Below are positions 1-10,112 of a DNA stretch of 64,000 nt, piece by piece. Source of the DNA: Calditrichia bacterium (GTDB lineage: Bacteria > Calditrichota > Calditrichia > RBG-13-44-9 > J075); the NCBI GenBank assembly GCA_050633245.1, contig JBOEGD010000030.1, forward strand, positions 32,001 to 96,000, in the 5' to 3' direction. A program made the position numbers and the translations under genes. The notes beneath the pieces were generated by a model that was given only the letters and a program-made list of their open reading frames with translations, ran no database searches and had not been told where the DNA came from. Each line of letters opens with the position of its first letter. Position 1 is the first letter of the stretch.

Positions 1-2
1 CA

Positions 3-224
3 GAAGAGGCAATTACAATCCTGCGAATAAATTCCGATAATTATCCTGAATCAGCCAACTGCTTCGACAGCCTGGGTGATGCCTATTTGGCAGCAGGACG
101 CACCGAAGAAGCACTCGCAAGCTACCAAAAGGTGTTGGCTCTGGATCCGACAGGTGAATTTGGCAGACTTGCACGCGAAGCTATTGCCGAAATTGAACAG
201 CAACAGCAAAACGAACAGGAGTGA
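3..224 (+). CDS. C-terminal part of a TPR-repeat protein (runs off the window start)
   Basis: Frame 3 is open to TGA at 222-224 and reads ...YPESANCFDSLGDAYLAAGRTEEALASYQKVLALDP..., a typical TPR motif. Not in the ORF track. Confidence 0.8.
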   Translation, partial: EEAITILRINSDNYPESANCFDSLGDAYLAAGRTEEALASYQKVLALDPTGEFGRLAREAIAEIEQQQQNEQE

Positions 225-228
225 GACT

Positions 229-699
229 ATGCGCCAACAAACAATCGGAATGTTGTTTAAAACGCTGATTATCGCATTGTTGGGAATTTCCTTCAACGGC
301 TGCGGCCTGTTTAACTCCAACGATCGTTCTGAATTAGATGAGCAGCTGGCCAAATGGCAATCGTTCAATCTATCTAATTACTCGTATGAATTTCGCGCCA
401 GCTGTTTTTGTTTTCCAGAGTTCAACGAATGGGTTTCGGTTACCGTTAAAGACGACACTATTTCAAGCGTTACCATTCTCAGTACTACCGAGCCACCGCA
501 GGAACTTCCACTAAACAATTGGTTTACAATTGACGATCTCTTCGAGACTGTTTCTACCGCTGTTGAAACTGCGGATGAGTTCGAGATTTCCTACAATGAT
601 GAATATGGCTATCCGGAAGTAATTTCAGTAGACTATATCGAAGAAGCGGTAGACGATGAGGTGACGTATAACTCGATAAACCTTACAATTGATGAATGA
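229..699 (+). CDS. Lipoprotein, DUF6174-like
   Basis: ATG at 229 follows GGAG. Lipobox-like FNGC, a CFC motif and C-terminal YGYP...DDE match my recollection of DUF6174. Confidence 0.7.
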   Translation: MRQQTIGMLFKTLIIALLGISFNGCGLFNSNDRSELDEQLAKWQSFNLSNYSYEFRASCFCFPEFNEWVSVTVKDDTISSVTILSTTEPPQELPLNNWFTIDDLFETVSTAVETADEFEISYNDEYGYPEVISVDYIEEAVDDEVTYNSINLTIDE

Positions 700-723
700 T
701 GATTGATGAGGTATGATTGATTG
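688..723. repeat. Heptamer tandem repeat TGATGA(A/T)
   Basis: ATTGATGAATGATGATTGATGA at 688-709 recurs exactly at 11869-11890. Confidence 0.7.
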
Positions 724-727
724 TGTA

Positions 728-1507
728 TTAAGGAGTCCAAGCCTCTTCAAGCGTTTCGCGAAAAAGAAGATCTAGAACCTCGGTTGAGGGCGTATCGTTC
801 CTTTGCACTGATTTAACAATATTCGAAAAATAGTCTATTTCCCGCTCAAGAAACCGGTTGAGAATCTCAATCTTCGGTTCCTTATCCATCTCCATACCAC
901 CGCGCTTTCTTTCCAATAAGCGAAGAACCTCAGATTTAACTGCTAAATCGTTAAGCTGAGAGTTTATAAGCTTCTGAAACTCCATTGGTGCAATGGTATC
1001 GGTCTGTTCTATCCATTTGCAGGCAAGAATTGGCCTGAGAACATAAAAGTATTTTTTAACTTTTACCATATCAGCTTTCAGATACTCACGAAAGTTTCCA
1101 GACGCCATGTTTAGATAATGATGTAAGCACGATTTTGCGCTAAAGTAGTCTGCCGACAGTCTGCGGAGGCGTTCGGTAGTTGAGAATTGCTCCAGATAAA
1201 CCAAGGGGCTGCCCAGCCATTCAAGCAATGGAGGATTCGATTTCCTAAACAGCCGAAGTGCCTTTTGCAATTCCCAGCCGGCAAAGTCCAAATCGTTTGG
1301 CAACATAACCTCAATTGTATCGCGCTTATTATCAATAGAAAGATACCATTCTGGCTTATGAATGTAGACAAAACGTACATCCCAGTCGCTATCCTGCGAG
1401 GCAAATCCCCAAGCTCGACTTCCGGATTCAACGGCAAAAAGGACTTTAACATTATGTTCACATTCAAAGTTGCGCAATTCTGTGGTAATAAGATTTTGTA
1501 TATTCAT
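728..1507 (-). CDS. Nucleotidyltransferase, DNA pol beta superfamily (YcgL/RlaP-like)
   Basis: ESGSRAWGFASQDSDWDVRFVY motif, plus KSNPPLLEWL and KKYFYVLRP. Confidence 0.85.
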   Translation of the reverse strand: MNIQNLITTELRNFECEHNVKVLFAVESGSRAWGFASQDSDWDVRFVYIHKPEWYLSIDNKRDTIEVMLPNDLDFAGWELQKALRLFRKSNPPLLEWLGSPLVYLEQFSTTERLRRLSADYFSAKSCLHHYLNMASGNFREYLKADMVKVKKYFYVLRPILACKWIEQTDTIAPMEFQKLINSQLNDLAVKSEVLRLLERKRGGMEMDKEPKIEILNRFLEREIDYFSNIVKSVQRNDTPSTEVLDLLFRETLEEAWTP

Positions 1508-1538
1508 AAACTTTTCACTTGAGTATATATACTATGCC

Positions 1539-2222
1539 CTAGCTTGCCAATGCAAAATCTACCGCTGCACCAACATGAATCTGTAGCGTATCAAAAACCG
1601 GAACGGAAACATCGCCCTGCGACAGCAGCAGCGGAATTTCGGTACAGGCAAAGGCAATACATTCGACGCCATCCTCAACGAGCTCGTCAACGATTTTCAG
1701 ATAGGCAGCTTTCGTTTCCGTTTTTAGAATTCCTCTACCTAATTCTTCCTTCAGCGTGTGCTGAATATAATCACGCGTCTTTTGCTCAGCCGGAACAATG
1801 GCCTCGATCCCGGCAGCAGAAAGACCATCTTTGAAGAAGTCGGCCTCCATGGTAAATGCCGTGCCCAATAAGCCAACGCGCTTGAGCTCTGCTTTCTGAA
1901 TGGCCGTTGCCGTCTCCGATACAATGGAGATCAATGGAACGTTAATTTCTGCTTGTAGCTTTTCTGCGTACAGATGGGCCGTATTTGCACAGAGCATGAG
2001 ACCTTCGGCTCCACTGCTCTGTAAACTTTCGCAGGCATTTAGCAAGAGCGGAAACGCATTACCCCAACCACGAGCCTGCAACTCACCAAAGTTCAGTGAG
2101 TACAAAATAAGCTCAGCAAAGTTTAACCCGCCCAACCGGGCATTTATGCCTTCATTGATATTGCGATAATATTCGACGGTTGAGACCCAGCTGAGTCCAC
2201 CGACGAGACCGAGTTTTTTCAT
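1539..2222 (-). CDS. Aspartate/glutamate racemase family protein
   Basis: MKKLGLVGGLSWVST start after GGAG; catalytic CANTAH and ACTEIP motifs. Confidence 0.9.
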   Translation of the reverse strand: MKKLGLVGGLSWVSTVEYYRNINEGINARLGGLNFAELILYSLNFGELQARGWGNAFPLLLNACESLQSSGAEGLMLCANTAHLYAEKLQAEINVPLISIVSETATAIQKAELKRVGLLGTAFTMEADFFKDGLSAAGIEAIVPAEQKTRDYIQHTLKEELGRGILKTETKAAYLKIVDELVEDGVECIAFACTEIPLLLSQGDVSVPVFDTLQIHVGAAVDFALAS

Positions 2223-2280
2223 AAAATCTCCCCGGTAAGGACGAAATTGTAAGTAAGAACATAATTCATTGCGTTCCCAC

Positions 2281-3804
2281 TTACTTCTTTTTGACGAATT
2301 CATATGTCATATCACCAAACGCTTCAGCAGAGAACACCAGTTTTTTTACAGAGTTCTCTATCGCAAAAAGTTGTACTTTTGCCGGGCTAAATTCTGGTCG
2401 GGAAAACGTACACAAAAAGCTGTCGTTACCGATCGGCTGTAACCTCCCGGACAACTGGTTTTGATGCTGCAAAAAGTTTAACGTTAAGCCAGAATCGGAT
2501 TGAGTAATCGATACGCTGCCATAGAGTTTATTGGCGTATTTCCCGCTAAATGCTTTTAACGTTTCAGGAGAAACCTGAATTATTCCTTCCTCAATTGTCT
2601 TCTGTGCTGCAAGCTCCGCCTGCCACTCCTCGGAAAACTCTGCCAAATAAGTAGTGCTGAAAGACTGATACGGTTCGTCTTGCAATGCATAGTGAAGCTC
2701 ATCTGCGACAGCTTCCGCAAAATTATGAGATCTTGAGTTCGTGAGCACAACAACACCAAAGCGCCTTTCCGGAAGCACCATTAGAAACGATTTAAATCCA
2801 TCTGTTCCTCCGTCATGAAAATACGTTAGATTATCGAACTCATCGTGAATAGACCATCCCATTCCAGAGAAAAAAAATCGTAGCTGATTGCTATTATCTT
2901 TTCGAGTACGATATCCTCGTAGTTGATAGGGCTTTCGGATGATCTTCATGCTGCGCTCCGAAAACACCCGTTTGCCATCAACCATCCCCATATCCATAAA
3001 GGCCATCATCCATTGGCACATATCCCTGGCAGTCGACGAGATAGAACCAGCCGGTCCCATATTGTCTATATTCTCTACCGAAAGTTCCAACAATGCATTG
3101 CCGTTTTTTAAATGCGGAGAGGCAATATTGGTATTTAATGGGATCTGGGAAGACAGTGCATAACTATTGTTCATTTTCAGAGGTAGAAAAAAGCGATCCC
3201 GTACTGCTTCTGCCCAACTGTTACCGATGGAACGTTTAATTACCACATTCAATAGCATGTAGGACAAGTTGTTGTAGATAAATTTTTGTCGGACTTGGTG
3301 TTGCGGTGAAAGCTCAGACAGGATATTTAATAGATGCTGCGTATCGTGTTCAGTTTTCCAAAAGAGAAAGTCGCCTTGATGGCTACCAAGACCGGTTCTC
3401 CCGGTTAATATATCCTCTACTATAATATGTTTAGAGGCAAGCCGGTTTTTTAACTGAAAATCCGGAATCCATTTCTTAATGGTATCATTTAGGGACAACG
3501 TATCGCTTTCACTAAGCAAAACCGTCGTCGCGCCAGTTATCGCTTTCGTAAGCGAACCAATCATAAATAGGGTATTTGAATCAACTCTTGTCTGCCTGCG
3601 AATGCTTTTTACACCATAGCCTTCACAGAAAATGATCTCTCCATCTTTTACCACTCCGATAGTGAGACCCGGGATATCCCAGCTCTTCAAACCATCTTGA
3701 ATATAGGTATCCAGGGAATCGTTGATGAAGGTGGAGAACCTACATGGTTGTGCCAGTACTGGGAATACGGCGCACAGAAGAAGAGCGATGGTGAGTCTAC
3801 TCAT
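2281..3804 (-). CDS. Secreted serine hydrolase (beta-lactamase family) with C-terminal DUF3471-like domain
   Basis: Signal peptide from MSRLTIALLL; SxxK (GSLTK), YxN (YNN) and HDGG motifs. Confidence 0.85.
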   Translation of the reverse strand: MSRLTIALLLCAVFPVLAQPCRFSTFINDSLDTYIQDGLKSWDIPGLTIGVVKDGEIIFCEGYGVKSIRRQTRVDSNTLFMIGSLTKAITGATTVLLSESDTLSLNDTIKKWIPDFQLKNRLASKHIIVEDILTGRTGLGSHQGDFLFWKTEHDTQHLLNILSELSPQHQVRQKFIYNNLSYMLLNVVIKRSIGNSWAEAVRDRFFLPLKMNNSYALSSQIPLNTNIASPHLKNGNALLELSVENIDNMGPAGSISSTARDMCQWMMAFMDMGMVDGKRVFSERSMKIIRKPYQLRGYRTRKDNSNQLRFFFSGMGWSIHDEFDNLTYFHDGGTDGFKSFLMVLPERRFGVVVLTNSRSHNFAEAVADELHYALQDEPYQSFSTTYLAEFSEEWQAELAAQKTIEEGIIQVSPETLKAFSGKYANKLYGSVSITQSDSGLTLNFLQHQNQLSGRLQPIGNDSFLCTFSRPEFSPAKVQLFAIENSVKKLVFSAEAFGDMTYEFVKKK

Positions 3805-3966
3805 AGATATCTTTTCCGGTAAAAAGCGACATAAGAGATGTGTTTTAAACACTGAAAGATATGAGGTGCCGACAGGGTAGCCTGGACTTACTGAAGAAAG
3901 ATTCTTCCGTATCCGCACTGCATTGCAGCTTTACCATCTCTTTTCTCTCAGCGAAGCGATCTGTAT

Positions 3967-4986
3967 TTAGATATTCCAGTTTTTCTTGATAAGGCGGGTG
4001 TTGCTTTCGATGCTTTCCAGGATGCGACCGGCAATGTCCAGCGCGCGGCGTCCCTCTTCTCCGGTAACCGGAGGCGTTGAATTATTCAGGATTGCACGGC
4101 AAAACTCCGTCAGTTCATAGCGCATCGGATTCAGCTCTCGCTTTTCCAAACGGGTATAGCGAATTTCTTTCTTGTCCGTGCCGGATTCGATAGCTCCCAA
4201 AGAAAAGGCCAGGCTTTCATCAGCCGAACGAAAGCGATCGGTGTCTACATGATAAATTTCGGTAATGCCTTCCGTGAAATCCACCGAAACATAAGCACTC
4301 GGCTCGAAGAAGCGCATCTTGCGCATCTTTTTAGCGGAAATGCGGCTGGCGGTAACGTTTGCCACGCAGCCATTGGCAAACTGCAAACGACAATTGGCAA
4401 TATCTTCTGTTGGAGAAATAATTGAAGCGCCTGAGGCATGCACTTCTGTAACCGGACTTTTAACAAAACTGAGGATCAGATCAATATCGTGAATCATTAA
4501 ATCCATTACCACGGCAACATCGGTTCCGCGCGGGTTAAAGTTTGCCATGCGATGGGCTTCTATAAACAGCGGATTGATTTCGAGCGGCTCCAGTGCCATA
4601 ATCGCCGGGTTGAATCGCTCGATATGACCAATTTGAATCTTTAGCTGCTTTTTCCTTGCAAGTGCAAGAAGTTCATCAGCTTCTTCAAGGGTGGTTGTCA
4701 TCGGCTTTTCAATGAATACATGCTTTCCGCTGCCTAAAGCCTGCCTAGCAAGCTCGTAATGCCAGGTGGTAGGGGTAACGATGCTGACTGCATCAACCTT
4801 CGCAAGAAGGGCTTCTGCCGAATCAAAGACAGGAACATCAAACTCTTTGCCAATCTCTTTGGCGCGCTCGGTACCCGTATCAAAAACACCAACGAGTTCT
4901 GCTTCTTCAATTTCCTTAAGCTGCATGGTATGAAATCTGCCAAGATGACCGACGCCTAAAACGCCAATTCGAATTTTATCCGCCAT
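3967..4986 (-). CDS. Gfo/Idh/MocA oxidoreductase (GnnA-like)
   Basis: GVGHLG Rossmann motif, HVFIEKP, GHIERFNPA and DLMIHDID; start MADKIRIG. Confidence 0.9.
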   Translation of the reverse strand: MADKIRIGVLGVGHLGRFHTMQLKEIEEAELVGVFDTGTERAKEIGKEFDVPVFDSAEALLAKVDAVSIVTPTTWHYELARQALGSGKHVFIEKPMTTTLEEADELLALARKKQLKIQIGHIERFNPAIMALEPLEINPLFIEAHRMANFNPRGTDVAVVMDLMIHDIDLILSFVKSPVTEVHASGASIISPTEDIANCRLQFANGCVANVTASRISAKKMRKMRFFEPSAYVSVDFTEGITEIYHVDTDRFRSADESLAFSLGAIESGTDKKEIRYTRLEKRELNPMRYELTEFCRAILNNSTPPVTGEEGRRALDIAGRILESIESNTRLIKKNWNI

Positions 4987-4987
4987 T

Positions 4988-6277
4988 CTAAAGATCGCTT
5001 TCGGTTGTTTCCGCCAACTCATATTCCTTCCGGCCATCCAGCGCGCGAAATAGATAATCGAAACGCTTGCCCTGCTTCTCATCAAAATAGGTCCAGCGTA
5101 AATAAGGAGTCGGTATTGGTGCCAGGCTGCGATCGAGAATTTCAGCCGGGGGGCCATTTGAAATGTAAATCTTTCCCAGATCCGTTTCCCAACCGAGCCG
5201 ACCGCGATTGCTAAACAGCTTCAGTGTAGAATCCACCCGCGTGTAAAACTCCAGCTCCAGCTCATTGAAAGGCGTATTTGCAGTAGGGTCGCGCTCATCC
5301 CAAAAGCTGCGAACATTGGCCAGCTTCTTATCACCATTACCTTTAATCAACCCCTTAAACGTTTCTTTATCGATAATATACTTCAACGGGCGCGTGGCAA
5401 GCTCAGGGCTCCAGCGGCTAAGCGGTTTATTAAACCATACAATATTCACAGGAAGAATATGCTTTACAGAATCATCAGCCGTGCTGTGAACAATTTCAAT
5501 GCGATAGGTTTTCTCGCGCAGCTTTTCTTTGGGCAGAACGATATGTAATTGCGCCTTCGCTGTCGTCGTCGTATCGTTTTTAAAAACCATCTCACCAGAC
5601 TCATTGTCTTTTACCCGCACGACTGTTTGAATATTTGCATCACCCTCAAGAACTGCAGCAGACAGGTAAAGTCCCATATCTTTATTAAAATGCCAGTTTC
5701 CACGTAGTGGAGACGGTTGCGCAGTTACACCGGGGATGGCAGTTTTATTTTCTTTTGCGGGATAATAAAGCAGTGGGGGCGAACTAGCCAGCGTACTCGG
5801 CGTTTCCAGAGTCAGCTTTTGCCGGTAGGCGATTCGCTGCTGTCCGTTCAGATCGCGCTCTTTAAACTGAATGGTATAGGAAGCCGCTGGCAGGTCCAGT
5901 GAGTCTACAGTTAGCAGATAGCGATTACGGCTATTGGCCTTCGAATAGCTATCGGTGTCGATGGAAACGCGCCATATTTTATGATTAACCTGATCGGGAC
6001 CGCCTTTGAATGTAACCTCTACCTCTGCCTCGGCTCGAAACGTTCCACCTTCGTGCAGAAATTGCAAAAAGCTATGCCGGATATTAGCCATGAGGTAAAC
6101 CCGGAAAGTATCTGCAGACAGATGCTTTGGATAGGCCCTGAAGGTAACCGGTATAACCTGCGGGTATTTGCTTTTCAGAAACGACTTCTCATAGGTCTCT
6201 TTATAGGCATTCTGTCCCATTGTTGATAAGCTGAAAAAGAGACCCACTAGTAATACGGCACGGAAAAGCTGCTTCAT
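4988..6277 (-). CDS. GWxTD domain protein, secreted
   Basis: FWDERDP..NELELEFYTRV..GWETDLGKIYI motif; N-terminal signal peptide; SD AGGAG. Confidence 0.85.
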   Translation of the reverse strand: MKQLFRAVLLVGLFFSLSTMGQNAYKETYEKSFLKSKYPQVIPVTFRAYPKHLSADTFRVYLMANIRHSFLQFLHEGGTFRAEAEVEVTFKGGPDQVNHKIWRVSIDTDSYSKANSRNRYLLTVDSLDLPAASYTIQFKERDLNGQQRIAYRQKLTLETPSTLASSPPLLYYPAKENKTAIPGVTAQPSPLRGNWHFNKDMGLYLSAAVLEGDANIQTVVRVKDNESGEMVFKNDTTTTAKAQLHIVLPKEKLREKTYRIEIVHSTADDSVKHILPVNIVWFNKPLSRWSPELATRPLKYIIDKETFKGLIKGNGDKKLANVRSFWDERDPTANTPFNELELEFYTRVDSTLKLFSNRGRLGWETDLGKIYISNGPPAEILDRSLAPIPTPYLRWTYFDEKQGKRFDYLFRALDGRKEYELAETTESDL

Positions 6278-6629
6278 TGTAACTCCTAACATGGTATCAA
6301 AAAATATAGGCATTATAGATTTGGCAACGCAAGTCGAAACCTGAATCAAAAAGACATAGATTTATGTGCAGGAACAAACTTTTTTTGTTGATTTGTCGGA
6401 TATATTCGACATGGAAAACTCTCTATATGTTTAGACTCAATTCCTTCAACGATCAACACGTGAAAAAGTTCGCAACCGCACGCAATTGATTGTATCCTCT
6501 GGACTTGCAGGTTTTCAATTTTACGTACAAATAATATGTGATTTTCAATAAGTCATTTCTGCTAAAAATTCGAGACTATTTTTTAACGAAAAGAAGGGGT
6601 TAACGAGCGAGGGATTAATGAGATTTTCC

Positions 6630-6658
6630 TTGATTTGATTCTTTAGATGCGGTATTTT
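6630..6658 (+). promoter_or_regulatory. Putative sigma70 promoter of nrdJ
   Basis: TTGATT-N17-TATTTT. Confidence 0.4.
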
Positions 6659-6799
6659 GGAGCCGGAAATAGAGCGGCTTCATTGATATTTGAAAGCGTG
6701 CTCCACCCACACCGATTTTTGTGATCAATAGCGCCCAAGTTTTTAATAATCAAGTAATTACATACATACATTTACTGTGCTAAATCACGGAGGAGCACG

Positions 6800-9121
6800 A
6801 TGGCCTCAAAGCAGTCTGACAGTATCGACGCGCCGTTGGGTGACGATAAAAAACCCACCGGAAACGGGGTTTCCAAGGAACGTTTGGAAACCGCTCAGTT
6901 TGAAGAAGTAACCCCTCCCTTAACTATCGTAAAACGCGATGGCCGATCCGTCCCTTTCGACGTTTCCAGAATAGAGAAAGCAATTGACAGCTGCTTCAAA
7001 AGTTTTGGTCGTAAGCCCTCCACGCCAGTTTCTAAGATTGCCGAGCAGGTTGTGAACATTGTTGCGGTTAAATTTGACGAACCAACAGTCGAACAGGTCC
7101 AGGACATTGTAGAAATGGTTCTACAAGCCGCTGGAGAGTATGAAGCGGCGAAACACTATATCCTTTATCGCGCTGAGCAGTCTATAAAGCGCAAGGATCG
7201 ACCGGTTCCGGAAGATGTTCGCGAGGCATTTGAAGTCTCGGACATTTATTTTCCCACACAGCTTCAGAAATTTCAGTTTTATGACAAATATTCTCGTTTC
7301 AACTATGAGCTCGGTCGACGTGAGACATGGGTCGAAACGATTGATCGTGCTGTTGACTTTCTGAAAGAGCTTTCAGAGTTTCGATTGCCCGCATTAACTT
7401 ATGAACGCGTTCGTATGGGAATGTTGGAAATGCGCGCTATGTCTTCCATGCGTCTGCTCGCCATGGCTGGCTCCGCAGCACGACGCAATAATATTTGCAT
7501 ATACAACTGCTCTTATATGCCGGTAGATAGCCTGGACTCATTCGTAGAAGCGCTGATTATCTCCATGTGTGGTTGTGGTGTCGGTTATTCCGTCGAAAGC
7601 AAGTACATCGAGAAATTCCCTCGTATTCGCAGACAAACCAATGCCGCTCCGGTTCGCTATGTTGTAGAGGATAGTGCCGAAGGCTGGGCAGATGCACTTC
7701 GCGTCGGTTTGCAAATCTGGATGGATGGTGGCGATGTTCAGTATGATTATTCTCAAATTCGCCCGGCTGGCGCACCGCTTCGTATTAAAGGCGGACGTGC
7801 TTCCGGTCCTGAGCCGCTACGCAAGATGCTGGATTTCTCCCGTGGCCGTATTCTGGCACGTCAGGGTGGTTTCCTGCGCTCGCTTGATGCACACGACATG
7901 ATGTGTGCCGTTGGTAATGCCGCCGTATCCGGAGGCGTTCGCCGCACGGCAATGATTTCTCTCTTCGACATCGATGATATCGAAATGCGCAACTGTAAGA
8001 ATGGTGACTTCGAGCGTTTAAACAGCCAACGCTGGAATGCCAACAACTCTGCCGTCTGGCCAAATCGCCCGCTGTCTCAGGCGGAAGTATCTCGCTTCGT
8101 ACTACAGATGGATGAGTCTGGACGTGGAGAGCCGGGCATCTTCAATCGCCAGGCTGCAATTCAATCGCGCCCGGAACGACGACTGGAAGCAGAATTCGGC
8201 ACAAACCCATGTGGCGAAATCATTCTGCGTCCTTATGAATTCTGTAATCTATCTATCGCCATTGCTCGCGAAGAAGATACGCTCGAGACGCTATCTGAAA
8301 AGGTTGAACTGGCAACGATTATCGGAACCATTCAGTCGATGGCAACACACTTCCCGGGACTGCGTAAGCAGTGGCGCGAAAACTGCGAAGAAGAACGCTT
8401 GTTGGGCGTAGACGTAACCGGACAGCTGGACAGTAAAGCTGCAATGGATCCTGAAGTTCAGCGCAAGCTGCGTCAGGTAGCCGTTGAAACAAACGAGCGT
8501 ATTTCCGGCATGCTGAATATTCCGCAATCTGCTTCCGTTACCTGCGTAAAACCATCAGGGAACTCTTCACAGCTATTCAACTGTGCACCGGGAATTCACG
8601 CACGCTGGTCGAAGTACTATGTTCGCAACGTTCGCGTAAGCTCTCATACACCGTTCTTTAAAGTTCTGCGAACCGCAGGCGTTCCGATGGATCCGGAAAA
8701 TGGTCAAATGCCGGAAACAGCAGAGACTTGGGTTATTCACTTTCCGGTGAAGGCACCTGAAGGCTCCATTACGCGTAAAGAACGCAGCGCAATTCAGCAA
8801 TGTGATTATTGGTTGCAGAATAAAACCGAATGGACAGAGCACAATCCCAGCGTAACGATTACGTATCAGGAAAGTGAAGTGATTGACCTGATTAAGTGGA
8901 TTTGGTCAAACCAGGATAAGATTGGCGGCATGGCCTTCTTACCGGCCTTCGATGCGATGTACGATCAGATGCCTTATGAAGAGATCACTGAAGAAGAGTA
9001 TAAGAAGCTGGCCTCTCAGTTCCCGAATATCGACTTCTCGAAGCTGTATCGCTATGAGGAAGAAGATTACACCACTGCCGCTCAGGAATTGGCCTGCCTG
9101 GCTGGAAACTGCGACATCTAA
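6800..9121 (+). CDS. nrdJ: Class II (B12-dependent) ribonucleotide reductase with N-terminal ATP cone
   Basis: ATP cone (IVKRDGR...VEQVQDIVE..L), TNPCGEI, CVKPSG and C-terminal CxxxxC; no beta-subunit gene nearby; SD GGAGG. Confidence 0.9.
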   Translation: MASKQSDSIDAPLGDDKKPTGNGVSKERLETAQFEEVTPPLTIVKRDGRSVPFDVSRIEKAIDSCFKSFGRKPSTPVSKIAEQVVNIVAVKFDEPTVEQVQDIVEMVLQAAGEYEAAKHYILYRAEQSIKRKDRPVPEDVREAFEVSDIYFPTQLQKFQFYDKYSRFNYELGRRETWVETIDRAVDFLKELSEFRLPALTYERVRMGMLEMRAMSSMRLLAMAGSAARRNNICIYNCSYMPVDSLDSFVEALIISMCGCGVGYSVESKYIEKFPRIRRQTNAAPVRYVVEDSAEGWADALRVGLQIWMDGGDVQYDYSQIRPAGAPLRIKGGRASGPEPLRKMLDFSRGRILARQGGFLRSLDAHDMMCAVGNAAVSGGVRRTAMISLFDIDDIEMRNCKNGDFERLNSQRWNANNSAVWPNRPLSQAEVSRFVLQMDESGRGEPGIFNRQAAIQSRPERRLEAEFGTNPCGEIILRPYEFCNLSIAIAREEDTLETLSEKVELATIIGTIQSMATHFPGLRKQWRENCEEERLLGVDVTGQLDSKAAMDPEVQRKLRQVAVETNERISGMLNIPQSASVTCVKPSGNSSQLFNCAPGIHARWSKYYVRNVRVSSHTPFFKVLRTAGVPMDPENGQMPETAETWVIHFPVKAPEGSITRKERSAIQQCDYWLQNKTEWTEHNPSVTITYQESEVIDLIKWIWSNQDKIGGMAFLPAFDAMYDQMPYEEITEEEYKKLASQFPNIDFSKLYRYEEEDYTTAAQELACLAGNCDI

Positions 9122-9136
9122 GCTTATCCTCCTTAC

Positions 9137-9175
9137 AAAAAAGCCCGTCCCGATTCGTCGGGACGGGCTTTTTTT
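9137..9175. terminator. Bidirectional intrinsic terminator
   Basis: A-run, GCCCGTCCCGA-TTCG-TCGGGACGGGC, T-run, between convergent genes. Confidence 0.9.
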
Positions 9176-9245
9176 ATTTATAGTTCAAACCTTTATCAAA
9201 ACGATTATAGCGAACTGATTGAAAAAGCAGCTGTATATTGTAATT

Positions 9246-10112
9246 CTAGTCAATCCACTTGAACACCAGTTCGCCCACACTACAGCTAACGCGCATATCA
9301 AGACGCGTATCAGCTTTTTCCCAATTCTCAGTGGTATAGATATCGCCGTTTTTAAACACATCGTTGATGGTGAGGCTGGTTAGAAAAGTATCCTCTATCT
9401 CAATGCGCGCAGCAATATCTCTTGGGAGATATATCGTCATGCTACCCATGCCGAGCTCAACATCGACATTTGCGCTGCGCTGGAGCTTTCCACCAAAGTC
9501 GAGTATGTAGGAACCAATCCCGGCTTCAAAATCGAAAGATGAAAAATTCGCATTAGCCAAATTATACATGCTTAGTTTACCGAGGCCGTTTTCGACATCC
9601 AGTTTATTCAAATCAACAGTATTCGGCTTACCAAAATCGATTGTTGCTTTGCCGGCAGCAGCGGTCAGTGAGCAATTGGCTATTTTAAGATCGCTAAGGT
9701 CAAGGTTTCCCTTCATCATCCCGCACTTCATTTTCAGAGATAGCGCAACGTTATTTGAGAAGTTCAATCGACATTCATTGGCATCAAAGTCATCAAAGTC
9801 GATATTTAATCCATCTTCATCATAGCGATCGTCACTAACGTGGATCACCAGCCGCCCTTCATCATCAACAACGCGATATTCAATTTCAGGCTTTTCGGTA
9901 TCGAACAAAAATTCCCCGCTAAACAGGCCCGAAACGGCAGATGAGGCTTGAATATCAAGCAACCCATGATCCATATTGATCCGGGCATACACGGTTTCTT
10001 CAACCGTTTTGTCGATCGAGTGATTCAGTTTCGTTTTGCCGTCTTCAACGGCATATAGAGAAGAGATAAAAAGCAGACATAACAATGCGGGCAAGCGATT
10101 GAAGTTCTTCAA
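9246..10112 (-). CDS. Secreted LiaF/toast-rack-like beta-repeat protein, co-transcribed with the ECF sigma factor
   Basis: Signal peptide; repeated xGxGx beta motifs (GLGKL, GIGSY, GMGSM); TTGA overlap with the sigma gene. Confidence 0.6.
   Translation of the reverse strand: MKNFNRLPALLCLLFISSLYAVEDGKTKLNHSIDKTVEETVYARINMDHGLLDIQASSAVSGLFSGEFLFDTEKPEIEYRVVDDEGRLVIHVSDDRYDEDGLNIDFDDFDANECRLNFSNNVALSLKMKCGMMKGNLDLSDLKIANCSLTAAAGKATIDFGKPNTVDLNKLDVENGLGKLSMYNLANANFSSFDFEAGIGSYILDFGGKLQRSANVDVELGMGSMTIYLPRDIAARIEIEDTFLTSLTINDVFKNGDIYTTENWEKADTRLDMRVSCSVGELVFKWID

Noticed and set aside
6350-6799. Cobalamin riboswitch or NrdR boxes upstream of nrdJ
   Set aside because: No B12-box motifs seen. NrdR-like strings (about 6527-6540 and 6709-6724) match poorly and are not in the usual tandem arrangement.
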